From NCBI GenBank assembly GCA_000165425.1, contig CT868318.1:1-64000 (forward strand): a stretch of DNA of 64,000 nt. The letters run 5' to 3'. Below are positions 40,493 through 54,241 of this stretch, piece by piece; within the stretch, counting starts at the first letter, position 1; each line of letters starts with the position of its first letter. The notes under the pieces were generated by a model that searched no databases, had not been told where the DNA came from, and was given only the letters and a program-made list of their open reading frames with translations. Position numbers and translations under genes: made by a program. This stretch comes from Paramecium tetraurelia (taxonomy: Eukaryota).

Positions 40493-42404
40493 ATGGATTA
40501 TCTCACATAAGATGAAGTAGGAGGTATTGTTGCCAAAGGTCTAGCAGCTCTTTATTTAGAAAGGCCTTAATTTCCTATTGATTATCTTGCCAAATGGCTT
40601 CTCACTTACTCAGAATTGCTTAAGAAATAAAAGACAAGAGAAGATAGAGTATTGAATATTATTTCATAATTCTTAGTAACATGTGAAAGAAACAAAGATT
40701 AAGGAATTTAAAGTTCTAACGGAACAATTAGCATATCTATAAGAAGAGAGCCTAAGGCTTGAAAATTAGTAAAAGGAGAAACATGAATAATTTTTGGAAT
40801 CAATTAAATAGGCAAAATATCATGATGAATTCTTAGGTGATGTATTTTGCGATTATGTGGCAAAGCGATTTGTAAATAAAATATCTAATAAAAGAGAGTG
40901 AATTCTTATGTTTGCGAACTTGATTTTCCAAAAAAGGAGATTGATTTAAATTAGGAAGATGATGAAAATGCTCACATCAATTTAGAAGGAACAAAGCTGT
41001 TGACTTATATTTATGCTGATCAAAATTCTAAATTCCTCATAGGTTAAAATTTGCTCCCAGAAACAGGAGTTACATATGATGCATTGAAAGAGCCATAACC
41101 AGACGAAAATGGTGAAGTCATTTAAACTAATATCATCTATGTACAAAATGTTGTCAAAGAGCCTAGAATTGTATTTCATAAATGGCCTAAATTGGGTGCT
41201 TATTATGCAATTCCCCTTACCTATTAGAGTTGTCTATATGAACAATCATTTGATTAGGGTATCGAATAGAGACAACAATATTTAATACTTAAAGAGAATT
41301 AAGACAAGGAAAGATCAACAAAAGAAGCAGAATTCGAGGAAAGACTTGAATCTGAAGATCCAGCAATTATTGAATAGGAGAAATAAGCGTATTTAGCTAG
41401 TTTAGAACCCCTTTTAGAACCTTCATTTGCCTAATAAAAAAAGGAGTATGTCTTTTGTATAGATACTCTGGGTCAGGATAGAGAAATACCTGAAAATCAT
41501 AGACAAGAAATTTTTGATTTAGTTAATTTGTTAATTAAACAATGGGAACTTTAAGAAATTTAATCAATGAAGGCTGACGTCGAATTACAATTGCTCTATT
41601 AATCTAATTTGGGAGCTCCATTCAAAGAAGTATTAGAAAATTGGACTATTGAGGAAGAATAATATATTGATAGTCACTCAGAGAAATTAGCAGAATTAAA
41701 AGAAAATGAAAAATTATTAGCGTATGAGACTGATTGTTTGAGATTGGAAAGATTAAGGGAGAAGTTAAGTGATAAGGAATTTATTTAACCTCTGTTAAAT
41801 CTTAGTAATTGTAGGATTATAAAGTTCAATACAATCATCTAAGCAGGTCTATATTTGATTGGAGCTAATAAATCAGATATTAATTTGCCAGATAATAATA
41901 GATTAAATATAAGAAAGCTGGTTCTTGACGAGAATCTTATTTAATCGATAGTGGCCTATAACCATAAAGGACCTAAACCAGAACCTTAATACAAGTGGTG
42001 TTATGTTGATCGAGTTTAGAAAAGAGTTGAAAAAATCGAATAAGAATAAGTAGATGCTTACAATTTAATTTTGGGAAGATTGCTTAAATTTTTATAGTTG
42101 ACATGTAGACTAAGAAAACTTGATATCGAAATCAGAAGAGAAAATATTGCTAATAAAAGAAAACAAATTGAATAATTGAAAGAAGAGGCCTAAAAATTGC
42201 TAGAACAAAAAGAGTTAGCATTAAGAGAACATAAAGAATAGGTAAACTAATTATTTATCAAAGTTAACTCCTGAAGATTTAGAAGAATTTAATTAAGAAG
42301 AGTGGGATGCTAATTTTGACAGTGAGCATCCAATGCCAGAAATACCAGAGAATCCAGTTGACGAAATTGATGATGATTGTATAATGGAGCCACCTCCGCA
42401 ATGA
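40493..42404 (+). CDS. Dpy-30-motif and GAF-like protein, probably axonemal (radial-spoke RSP2-like architecture)
   Basis: VGGIVAKGLAALYLERPQFPIDYLAKWL; GVTYDAL..YVQNVVKEPRIVF..PKLGAYYAIPL..CIDTLG. Confidence 0.72.
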
Positions 42405-42559
42405 ATTAATATTCAAAATAATATCAATTAAATTATATTTACAATTGTAATATTATGTAAAAAATGTACATATGTTAAAATTTTTGTCATGTTTATAATA
42501 TGAATTATCACAGCATTTATAGAAGAAAGGAATAATGAAAACTTATTAAATAAATATTA

Positions 42560-43558
42560 ATGACAACAATCGACATATAACCTCAGTCTCAATTCTTTAG
42601 CAACAATTATTGGAGAAAATTAAGATAAGTATAAATTTGTAAGAAAGATGAAGAAGAATCAATCACTGAAACAGTGATGGGAAAAGTTAAATGTGATATC
42701 AATTAGCAGTTTTAACATTTAAAAAGTGTAATTAGCGCTAAATATTGTAAATAAAGAGACATTTTGGCAACAACTAGCATAGATAAAATTGTGAGGATTT
42801 TTTCAATGGATGGTTCATTAAAGCATCAATTCGAAAATTCATCAGACTATGATAAGACCCTATCATTTAGCTATAATGGACAGTTTTTAGCATGTGCAGG
42901 TGCATATGATAAAATGATAAGAATTTGGAATATCGATAGTTAAGAACTATAATTCTAACTTAAAGGCCTCAAAAGCAGAATTTTAAAGGTCACCTATTTT
43001 AATAATAGGGATGACAGGTTAATTTCTATAACACAAGATAACTAAATTTAGATTTGGGACATCAAATCTCAAACCATAATACAATCTTTGACTGGCCAAC
43101 AAAGTTTGATTACATCAATTTAAATATCAAATGACGATTTTCGTTGTGTAACTGGATCGGTAGATGGTATGATAATAGAATGGGATCTAAAGAATTATAA
43201 GTTAAAAAATTAATGGAAAGGTCATTAGAAAGGGTGTTTTGCTTTGAAGTATGCAAATGGAGGACATACTCTAGTGAGTGGTGGTGCAGATAAAAAAATC
43301 AAATTATGGAATATGGATAAATATAAACTTTTCAAATAGTTTAATGGCCATAGTAGTCCAATTTATGCTATTGAGGTTAAAAAGGATACTGTAATAAGTT
43401 GCCAATTTAATTAAACTTTGATGTGGAACATGAAATCCTTATCGATAGTTCAACAGATCTCAAGTACTTAATTGGATTATTGCTTTGTCGAAATAATGAA
43501 AGATTCATTCGTAATCGGATATAATGGAAATGGTATAAAAGTTTGTGATTTTCAATGA
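42560..43558 (+). CDS. WD40-repeat protein (332 aa)
   Basis: ATTSIDKIVRIF, AYDKMIRIWN, VTGSVDGMIIEWD, GH..LVSGGADKKIKLWN. Confidence 0.92.
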
Positions 43559-43598
43559 TTTATTTTACTTCTCTAAAAAACGAATTTAATTATTATTA

Positions 43599-45347
43599 AT
43601 GTTTGGCAAAGTGATTGTCTTGATTGTATCCATATTAAGTCTGCTACTTACTTATAATTTCATTAGGACATCACTTATATATAAAAACAAGCAGGAAGTT
43701 GATCAAATATTGAGCTACTTGAACAAATATTTGACTCAGACTTATTTTGCTCCAATAGCAACTAAAACTTAAGTAATAGCTCAATATTGATTAAGTACTG
43801 CAGTATAACTCAATATTGGTCAAACCTGAAATAGATTATTGCAAACGTTCAGATTTATACAAATTTTATCATCCTGATATTGTGATGAAAGATACTTATA
43901 CTTTTAGAGAAGCAAGAGGAGTTATAAGGGAAACATTAAGATCCTCTTATTATGATTGCATTCCTTAGATGACATACAAACAAAAAAATACTTAATGTAA
44001 ATTCAATTATTAGGTTATGTTAGATTTACCAAGACACGTGTTGCCCATACAATTAACTCTTCCTTTTACTTATTATGACTAATTAGTGCATAAATTCTAA
44101 GTCGGATAAGGTATAATAATCAAATAAAATAATTAGAATCATTATGTTTATTCTAAAAATACAATCACTTAGTATCTAGGCATGTGCTTTCACATAAAGA
44201 TAATCTAATGAATAATTAATACTAATATTTAGATACACTGAGAAAAAGCGGAGTTGATCAAGATTGCATAAACAACGCAACGTTTGTTCCTAAGACTTAT
44301 AGATTATTTAATAAGCTAGATTGTGAAGAGTTTTTCGCTTATTTGAATTCGGTTGAATATTAGGCCTTAGTAGAAAGAGATGGTCCATAATTTATAACCA
44401 AGGTTGGTTTAGAAGTTCATAGAGGAAGAGGAATTAATGTGCTATTTCCAGATGAGACTAAAATCTTATAAGATACATATAAATATGGCAAAAGATGTGG
44501 AATTGACAAATCATTGCTTGTTGCATAGAAATATATTGGAAACCCTATGCTATTTAATGATCATAAAATAGAATTTAGAGTTTATTGGGTTCTTGCTTCT
44601 ACGAATCCCATTATAGCCTATTCTTATGATAAAACTTTGATTAGAAGATGCATAACTCCCTTCGATAAATTTTCTTTGAATAAGGAAGCACATGTTTGTA
44701 ATACAGCTATAGTGTAAAGTACTTTGTAGAAAAAGGGATCTAACTTATTTATGAATGATGAGAATTCCGATGAGTCAGAGTTATATATAGACTGGAAATT
44801 AGATTATCTTTAGGATCTTTTATTAAAATAAGGAAAGATCAAAGACAATAAATGGCTTTAAAATTATTTACATCCCACAATTGACAGAATGATCATACAT
44901 GCAATTAGATCTGCATAATCAAAATTTAATAGAGATAGCAGATTAGCTGAATTTTTTGCTGCCGATTTCATAATAACAGATGATTTACAAATATATATTA
45001 TGGAAATGAATTATAACCCATAAACATTAAAGACAACTTTGGCTAGAGAAAAATAACATGCCAAAATGACCCAAGATATGATTGAAATACAAAATGCCTA
45101 TCTTAGAAGTAAATATTTAAGATTTTAAAAAATTATTTCAAGATTGGCTTCTAAAATGAACAAAGATAAAAGACCTCTCGACTCACTATTAACTAATAAA
45201 ACTATCGATGAAATTAATGAAGCTTATGTCGATAAACTTGACTAAGGAATAAAAATAAGTGAAGACAATCTATTTAGATTAGTAATGGATGAAAGTTTAT
45301 CTGGAACAAAAAAGTACAAAGATCTGATTTAAGAATAGTGTATTTGA
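43599..45347 (+). CDS. Tubulin-tyrosine ligase-like (TTLL, ATP-grasp) protein with an N-terminal signal anchor
   Basis: QKYNH, FVPKTY, HRGRGI, AQKYIGNPML..KIEFRVY, HVCN and FFAADFII...IMEMNYNP; N-terminus MFGKVIVLIVSILSLLLTYNF. Confidence 0.88.
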
Positions 45348-45370
45348 TATGTTGATGATAATTAATGTTT

Positions 45371-47044
45371 TCATAAATATATAATTTCATTCTGCATATC
45401 TTTAAATTCTTTGTAAATACTATTTCTTAGTATTTGAGGACCACAAACAAATATCTGCTTGTTATCAAATTTGAATTACTTTTCAATAAAATCTCTAGTG
45501 AATCTATTTCTAGTTGTCTCACATTTTTCAATTTATTTTCTACATTTTAAAATTAGAGTGAAATTTTATTTCTTTAAGTGATTTTATATTTCCCTTAATT
45601 TTAAGAATATGTAATCTCCCAACAATTCTTCCTCTGCTGTAACTGAATAGAATAATGTGATATATCTATTTAGACTAGCAACCTTTAGCAGATTTGGATG
45701 TTAAATTAATTCATTATAACTCATCAATAGATGATAATTAAGCAAATCCAAAAAGGGTAAAATTCCTGTTCCTCCACAAATCAAAATAATTTACCCTTCT
45801 GTTAAATAATCCTTGAACATTGTTTGATAAGGTCCTTGCAAATCAATCATTTCAGGATTTTATTTTGTTATGTACTTACTAAAGCCATGAGGAGTGTTAT
45901 AGTACTTTATTAGAAAGGAAAGAGAAGTAGATTTAAAATTATTAGTAAATCTAACATTCTCTTTTTTATCATACAAATCACTAAGACTTTACATATACTC
46001 TACAGCAGGTTTTTACATACATTAAATATACGTATAAAGACGTGGAGGAACCTTTTTATCAGTTATAGATTTAAACACAAAATGATTAGGAGTTAATTTT
46101 TTAAGATTAATTTCAAATTCTATTTCTGGATGTTAGAATTAAAAGTTGCTTACCGTTTCTGTTACTTTACTTGAATTCTTCAACTCCCATTTTTTATTTG
46201 GATTATTAGGAAATGTAATCTAATTACATAATGTTCCATAATAATGTCCATTAAATTATTCTTTAGCGTATTTTGAATGGTAGTGGAGTATATTTGTACC
46301 TGGAAGTTATGTGATTCCATAAAAATATTAGCCTATCTCTATGTGTTTAATGTGTTTCCATATGATTTAGCCTCCAGGATGAATGTAATTTTAATCCAAA
46401 CAATACACTTAATTTTAAAATATAAACCATTATTTATTTTCTAGATTCTCAGATAAACTCTCATATGTGATTAATTTTAATTACTCCTCAGAAATATCTT
46501 CAATCTTTGTTGATTTTAATGCAGGAATTATCCATTCAAAGGTGATTCGACCTAAAATCACAACTAAATAAGTTATCCAAATGTAAGTGAACCATTCTTA
46601 TGTTCTGTATGACATAAACATTCCGACAAATGATTCCAATTTTCCTATCAAATACGTTATTTGCCCAAGGGCAGAATGAACTTTTTTATAATAAATAACA
46701 TTTTTATTTCCTTCTGAATTTCCTAATTAATATTTGACAAAATAACCAAATGATGACAATACAATCATCATTAGCATCAGGGCTGTTCCAATTACCAAAT
46801 GAATCTATTTGAAGTCGTTTAGTTTTGAATAATTATCATAAGAATAATTGTACGGCTTTAAATAGCAATATGCTAATGAGGCCAGGAAACTATTTATGAC
46901 TACAAACGTCATTATATTTCCATGTATATTTGTTCTCCTTTGACATTTATTACATGAAGCATATATTATTCCTACATCAACCAAAATTCCCCAAAGAATA
47001 AAATTACCCCATCTGTGATAAAGTTTAATCGGATATGGAGACAT
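45371..47044 (-). CDS. Cytochrome b561-like TM domain, cytochrome b5 and FAD/NAD reductase (FNR family) fusion (557 aa, intronless)
   Basis: Four TM-associated His (LYHRWG, IHGNIM, IHLVIG, VHSALG); b5 HPGG...HSKYA; RLYT, QGPY, ICGGTGILPF and FVCGP. Confidence 0.9.
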
Positions 47045-47769
47045 ATAAATACAAAAACAAAATTATTTAATTAGAATAAATGTTTAATGATTTAAAGGAT
47101 GCTCAAGAATGATTTCTGTTAATTATAAAAGAGCAAATATCTTCATTTATCAATTATAAACTCTTTACTCATCTTTATTATTAAAATATTAAATTATGAT
47201 TGATGATTTAGTGATTTTCATAATAAATTAGACAACTACATTAGTAAATTGATTTTATATACTTGATAAGTATTAGATATTGTGATATTTTAATTATTTA
47301 GCTCCACTTTAAAATGCTATACTAATTTGATTTTATGAATAGCAGGTCCACTCCTTTACAAAATACCCAGTGAACATCAAGCTAAAATTATTTCACCAAA
47401 TAACAGCATCAAAATTTATAGTCTTTCTTTTGAAACAACCACACAAATAATATTTTATTCTAGCCAACTTCTTTTAATCTTAGATTTTTAAGTGCGCATA
47501 CTTTAATGAAATCATAATTTCAATAAGATTCTCAAATCTTACATATAAATTAAAATTAGTAAACTTTAATAATCTTATATGATATTGAAGCTTAACAAAA
47601 TAGATATTAATTTATTCTATATATTCAATGATATTTTTAATTACTAGTAGATATATTTGCTAAATAATTCTAAACCCTAATGAAATATATTCTAACTTAA
47701 AATTGAAAAAATTGATTTACTTTGATTTATCATTTATTAATATTTAATAATAGGAATTACTTTGATAAC

Positions 47770-49052
47770 ATGTTTATAATTGTATTGGTTGTCCTTGCAT
47801 TAACAGAGGCGAAATCGATCACTCAAACATTTACAATGAAGTAGCTTCAGAAATAATAATATATCCCAATTAATAGATTTGGCAGTAGAGGAATAGTAAA
47901 TTATAAAATATCGTAAATTGAATTTTGTATTCTAGCACTCGTATCATCAAGCCTCCTAAGGATTACGAAAATAAATAATTTGATATATCTTTTGAATTTT
48001 TTTAGTAAGACCGCTGGCAGTAAGCTCTGAAAAAAGATGAATGTCGTAGATAGGATGATGCAAACAAAATTGTGCATTAAACAATAGAAGCGAATTAGGA
48101 TTAGAAAGTCTCAACTTAAGAGGGATAATTGATTTTTGGACAATATCATAATGTTTGGCTAGCAGTCTTTAATAATTGTTAACATGCAATTGACAAAGTT
48201 ATTAAGATAAATAATAAAAACACAAAATTAGAAATCACAGTTTGGTTTTATGAAGAGGGTGGACAAGAATTCTCTTTAGAAGAGTAAGGACTCTTAACTG
48301 TAGTGAGCATTTTAACAGTTTTTACAATTATAGGATTTATCTATAATTATAGAATATTTAGATAAGAATAATAAAAGTATGGAGAATGGGATTATGCTTA
48401 TTTATTTATACTTGTTGTAATTGGTTTAGAGGCATTACAAAACTTACTAAATTTTATGCACTTAACAGTTTATTATGTAAATGGTAAAGGAATTGGAACA
48501 TTTTCAGCTATTTCAGAAATCCTCTAAGTGGTTGATAATTTTCTTCTCATGATTTTATTAATACTGTTAGCATGGGGATGGTCAATAGAATTTATGGATA
48601 TGGAAGATTGGGATATTTATGTGCCATTAGCATTTTTGATAGCTTTTGCTTAGGCATTAATAATTGGATTGGGAAGGTTGGTCAGCAGTCAAACAGATAA
48701 TCATCTTTATGAAGGGTGGGTAGGATACACAATCAGTTTAATATATATTAGTCTTGCCCTCTATTTTTATTATTCAACAAATCAAAGAAAAAAGAAAGGA
48801 GATGCTGTTGATAACTTTTATTTCCAATTGAAAATTTATGGCATGTTATTTTTTCTAGCGTTTCCTTTTTTTTTATTTGTTTCAAAACTAGTAGATCCCT
48901 ACAAGGCTTACAAAATAATCAGCATCGGCAATATGTTTGTACGTATGTTAAACATCGTTTTAATGGCAAGATTGTTTACTGGTAAGTCTTCGGATTATCA
49001 AAAAATCTGTATTAAAGGGAAATCCTTCTTAGATAGAGGAAAGTTTTTATGA
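47770..49052 (+). CDS. GPR180/TMEM145-like 7TM protein
   Basis: Signal peptide; luminal domain ending EFSLEEQG; MHLTVYYVNGKG; LILLAWGWSI; about 7 hydrophobic helices. Confidence 0.85.
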
Positions 49053-49352
49053 GTATATTATTCAATTATATCTATTTATAATAATGGTACAAAGAAGTTA
49101 TCTTTTCTTAAGAATTATAGGTTTAAAATATAAAGGACAATCTAATGATGCCTGAAATCAAATTACTTAATCCATAAATGTTATGGATGTCATCCTCTTC
49201 TAAAGAGAATATTATGAATCATAATAGTAAATCGAAAGAAACAAAATTTTACTAATAGAAATTACCAAAATAATTAATAGAGATTTCTAGAACATTTAAA
49301 ATTACCTACGATTTTTAAAAATATTTTCAATATAAATAATCCCCAACCTAAA

Positions 49353-50493
49353 ATGGCAGAAGAAAATAAGTATGACGGTCTATTCATGACAATTATGTAG
49401 TAAACAAAGGATATTAATGTATTCTTTGATGCATCGTTTGGATTTTTAAGGTAATTTCATTTCTATTGAATATAGACGTCACACCGACTTTTTCTTAGAT
49501 TAAAAACAAGCAGAAAAAGTTATTACTGAATCTTGTGCTAAAAATTTCCTCATATTTTAATCAGAAAAAGTTGACAAGGACAAGAAGGAAGAGCAAAGAA
49601 AGTAAAGAGAAGAATAAAGAAAAAGGGAAAAGGAAGCCGCTGAAAAGGCTAAGAAGGAAGCAGAACAACTATAATAACAATAATTATTACAATAATAAAA
49701 AGAAAAATTAGAATAACAAAAATAACAATAATAATAATAATAGCAATAACAATAGTAATAATAATAAGAACCATTGGATCCATCAGTACCAATTTACTAA
49801 CCAGTTTTGAAAGTTCCAGAGTAAAAGCCAAAAGAACCTGAAAAGAAAGAAGGGGAAGAAAAAGATGGAGAGAAAAAAGATGGAGAAAAGAAGGATGACA
49901 ACGAAAAGGCACCATTAGGTAACGGAGGAAGAACAGAGAGATATATCTGGACCTAAACTCTAGAAGAAGTATAAGTTTATATCCCTATCCCCTCTACTGT
50001 TACAAGTAAATAACTAACAGTGAAAATTGAAGCCTGCTCATTATTAGTTGGACTTAAAGGTATTCATTTAAATTAATATTACTCTAGGCTAACCTCCTAT
50101 CGTTAATGGATAATTATTTGAAAAAATATAATCTGATGAATCAACTTGGTTATTGACTGATGGAGAAATTTAGGATTACAAAGGAAAATATATTCACATA
50201 TCAATTACAAAATACTCTGGTTAGATGAATTGGTGGGCATGTGTCATTAAAGGTATTTTTAATTATTAGAATTAGGTGATCTTGAAATCAATACTCAAAA
50301 GATCAGTCCAGAACCATCATAATTGTCTGATTTGGATGGAGACACCAGAGGAACAGTTGAAAAGATGATGTTCGATATGAGACAAAAACAAATGGGCAAA
50401 CCTTCTAGTGATGAGCTTTTAAAGTAGAATAAATTATCTGGATTCATGAAAGCCCACCCAGAAATGGATTTTTCAAAGTGCAAGTTCAATTGA
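49353..50493 (+). CDS. NUDC: Nuclear migration protein NudC
   Basis: [65 protein letters not shown] and HPEMDFS; Q-rich linker. Confidence 0.96.
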
Positions 50494-50723
50494 GCTATAA
50501 ATAACAAGTTTAATATTATTTTTAAATCTTTTTGGGTAGTTTTCTCTTTAACAATTTGTTATTCATTTTCTCTGCACAACCAATTTATTTGATCATATTT
50601 AACATTTACTAAACTAATTAACACTTGCTGTAGTATTTTAAATATTATTTTGTTCATTTTATATATTAAATTATTTAATTATAATAAGAAAAATAAACTA
50701 ATTTTTTGGCTCTTAATAATCTA

Positions 50724-51704
50724 ATGAAAAGTGCAAGATGTATGGAATATTTAATTGATCAATTTCATCTTGATGACGTTATACAATATAAGGAATGGAA
50801 TGCTCTTATTAGCTCAAATGAAGATGCTACTATTATCGTCATCTTACAATAACACTTACTTGAACATTATGAGGATGTTGATGGTCGAATACGATTAATT
50901 TTTCAATAAGAATTTTCCTAGTTTAAAAATACAGTATTTTATGGCCATTAAAAACTTCCCACAAGATTGGCTTTGAACAAAAAGGGAGATATATTATTAA
51001 TTGAAATTCAAAAAACCAAATTTAATTTATATTACAAAAAGGCTTAGTTATAGTAATGGACACTTTTTTATAGTAATTGTATGGTTTTGAGAATGTTAGA
51101 CTATACCATTTATAGCCCTTGCATGTTAAAATCTTTTAATTCATAATTTTCTTGCTTTCTTTTGTAGGCATAATCAATTCCTACAACCATTGTCTTAAAT
51201 ATTAAAAATACCCCTTAGACCAAGAAATTAATTCAATCATAAATCTAAGCAACTGATTGTATATTAAACGAAGAAAATAATTTAATTGTTGGAAGAGAAT
51301 CCAACTAACTTCATATTTATAAATAGAAAAAGCTGATTCCATTTCAAAAAATAAATCTACCTAATGGTCTTTTGTATGCAAAGTTTGACTAATTAAATAA
51401 CCTAATATTATTGACAAAGGCCCATCTAGAAATTTATTTTCAATAATTAGGATACACCTACCAAAAAATTGCAGGAATACCAATAATTAATAATAATTAA
51501 ATTTGTAACATTGTTCCTATTGATGCCTATATCATAATTTAGAGAACCTACTTAGGTGCAGAATTTGCATAAGTGTGTTAAATTGAGGATGGCAACATAT
51601 AAATTGTAGGGAAAATCATATGTCGATAAATAATTTCTTCGTCAAATCATACATACTACTTAGTAATTAAAGAGAAATAAATTGAAATTTATAGACACAA
51701 TTGA
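50724..51704 (+). CDS. Hypothetical protein, possible degenerate beta-propeller (~326 aa)
   Basis: ATG at 50724 to TGA at 51702 spans 981 nt (divisible by 3); the 3' half of the frame was not fully checked. A GHQKLPTRLAL WD-like segment is present. Confidence 0.6.
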
Positions 51705-51869
51705 ATTATTGATATCAAAATTTTGATAATTATTTTTTTCCTTTTCTTAGACTTTCATTTTATAAATGGTTGAATAAAATAAGAAATTAATTATTTAGTT
51801 ATGAGAGTAAATCGATAGATTATTTATTAGTTATTAGGTGACAATGAAAATAAATAAATATGCACATTT

Positions 51870-52423
51870 TCAATACTTTTCAACCTTAGGTTATTACTTT
51901 TTGTTAGCTTTATTAGTTTGCATTTCCATCATTTCTTACATTTCCGCCATTTATTGCTATTACTATTATTACATCCTTTTCATTTCTTCTCTCATTTGCA
52001 TCTTTAACATTCCTACTTCTGCCAATTATATAAATCCTAAAATGATGCCACCAAATATTGCATTTCTCACAGCGATTCTTGTTCCAGCTATACGTGATTT
52101 TGAAAGCAAATACCTCTAATAGCTAAGAAACCTCCAGTGAATGCTCCTGCAACAATTGGATTTATAAAATCTTATTGATTTCTCAAATGCATAAGAGTAC
52201 AATCAGTGATGCTAAATAACCCACCCCATAAAGCAAATGATCCTCCTAGAATAGGAGCTCTTCTTTTTAATAATTGAATTCCTCCAAAAAATCTTTCTTT
52301 TTTTGGAGCAAATGACATTCCTTTTAAGAAGTAAAAAATGCATCCAGCGAAACATCCCATTGAGAAGGCACCTCCAAAATCATCTATGATTCTGTATGGA
52401 CAAGGTTATTCACGCATAGCCAT
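51870..52423 (-). CDS. TIM17: Mitochondrial import translocase Tim17
   Basis: REQPCPYRIIDDFGGAFSMG, RAPILGGSFALWGGLFSITDC, QDFINPIVAGAFTGG; one tiny intron. Confidence 0.96.
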
Positions 52424-52563
52424 CTTAATTCTGGTAAATATTTATTAATTTAATGATATACATCTAGATAACTCTAAATGGAAAATGATTAATTTTATAT
52501 CTATCATATCCCAAAAATATTATAATATAATTTTGAATCTATATGATATGCATATAATAAATT

Positions 52564-54241
52564 TCAATATCTATGTTTTTTATTGAATTGCTATTCTTCC
52601 ATGTCACTATCATTGTTAAGGCCTGAATCTCTTGTAGACCAATCAATCTAAGGATTCTTTTTGGTAAAAGCTGGCTACCCTCCTTATTAGATAATATGCT
52701 TCATTCTAATTCTGGTAATGAACCAATCAGATTAACCTTAATAATTGTGTCTCACATGATCCTCACAAAAGAATCTGAATTTTTATTCGTGATCCAACTA
52801 TAATCCCATTAATCTAACTTGTTTAAGACAGTTAAAATGATAATGAACATGGCATTCTGCTTTATTGCATTTCAAAGATGCTCCAATTGATCCACAATAT
52901 CTACACATTTAAGCTTAAGCAAATTAGACTGCCTAAATCAAAGTAGCAATATCCACTAACATTGTGTTGTAATCTACTTAAACCCTATTAGACCATAGCA
53001 AACACATTTCATGAGAACATATTTCTCTTCCTTCTTTATCTTTAAATAAGCAAAGCTTTCCAAATCTTGATACCAGATCAAATCTAAAATAGAATTGCAC
53101 AAATGATCTAATTTTTAATAGTCTACAAAAAGCACATCTGATCGGAAACTTCAATTCTCCTTGCTGCATTTTCTTCAAAGGTACTCCTCTTAATATTGGC
53201 TCTGGCAATATTGAATCACACATCAAAGTATTGTAAAATATTAGATAGTTACACAATTTAAACATTTGTTTCTTTATCCCCTATGGAGGTTGTCCTTAAT
53301 CTAACTTTGGAATACCGCATTTTTCAACAGCTCCTATTTAATATTCTCTGCCAATGCTCATTTCTTCATCATCCTCATGCTTTACTTTGCCTTTAACTTA
53401 GCCTTTTACTTTCTTTTTATTTTTCTCAGTTTTTTCTGTGTCTTATTTATAATAAGAATTATATAGTGCTCTCTTTCCAAATTCAGCATTTCTATTCTCT
53501 TCTGTTTCATTTGCCTTTGGCACTAAAAATTGTTTATTCTCTTTGAGCAAATCTCCCATTTCTTTCAAGAACTTCTGAAAGTGTTGTTCATGTTCTTCTA
53601 CTGTTTTTCTTAACAATGATGTGAAATCTGCTTTCTTATCTAAAATATTCTTGATTCTTAATTGTGAAATGCTTGATGGCTTGATCGATACTTCATGATT
53701 TTATGAGTCTAGATTGATATCCATCAATAGTCTGAATTAATTTAAGTAATCATTAAGAGTGGATACATCTACTCCAGTTTCTTTCTTATCCATGTTGTAA
53801 AGTATAGTATATGCAATATCTACCTCTTCTCCAATCTCTTATAAGCTTAATAGAGTTTCATTCAGATTTTCCATGAATTGACTTAATTTATTCAACTTTT
53901 AGGCTTATTTGTATATACTTTACGAAGTCTCTTCCAAATAGTTCTACATTCTAGCATAACTCAATTATCCTTCCTTGGTTAGATCTTATTGTGTTCTTGA
54001 TGAATCTAATGATCAAATTAATAATATTACTAACAAATTTAATGAGAGCAGCCTTTAACTTAGCATATCCAAATGATGGGTGACCTTCATGTGCTCCTTC
54101 ATGCACACACTTAGAACAAATGAATCCATCTTTATTGCATTCTGGACTATTGCATACCCTAGTTACCTATTCTTCAGGATGATGTTTGCAGTATATTACA
54201 TCATTATTTTATTTCTACTATGATTCAGTTGGATCACTCAT
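52564..54241 (-). CDS. B-box-like and extended PHD (zf-HC5HC2H) protein
   Basis: N-terminal CKHH..VC..C..ICSKC..H..H; C-terminal CAFC...HEMCLLWS...CRYCGSIGASLKC...YHFNC...FCEDH. Confidence 0.88.

Noticed and set aside
33249..49052. A functional 'G-protein locus' (G-gamma-like, WD40 and GPR180-like genes)
   Set aside because: The genes are kilobases apart among unrelated ones, gene neighbourhood is weak evidence in ciliates, and the WD40 protein lacks recognisable G-beta features.
49649..49915. Very hydrophobic minus-strand ORF (poly-Ile/Val) in the ORF track
   Set aside because: It is the antisense shadow of the NudC Q/K/E-rich linker.
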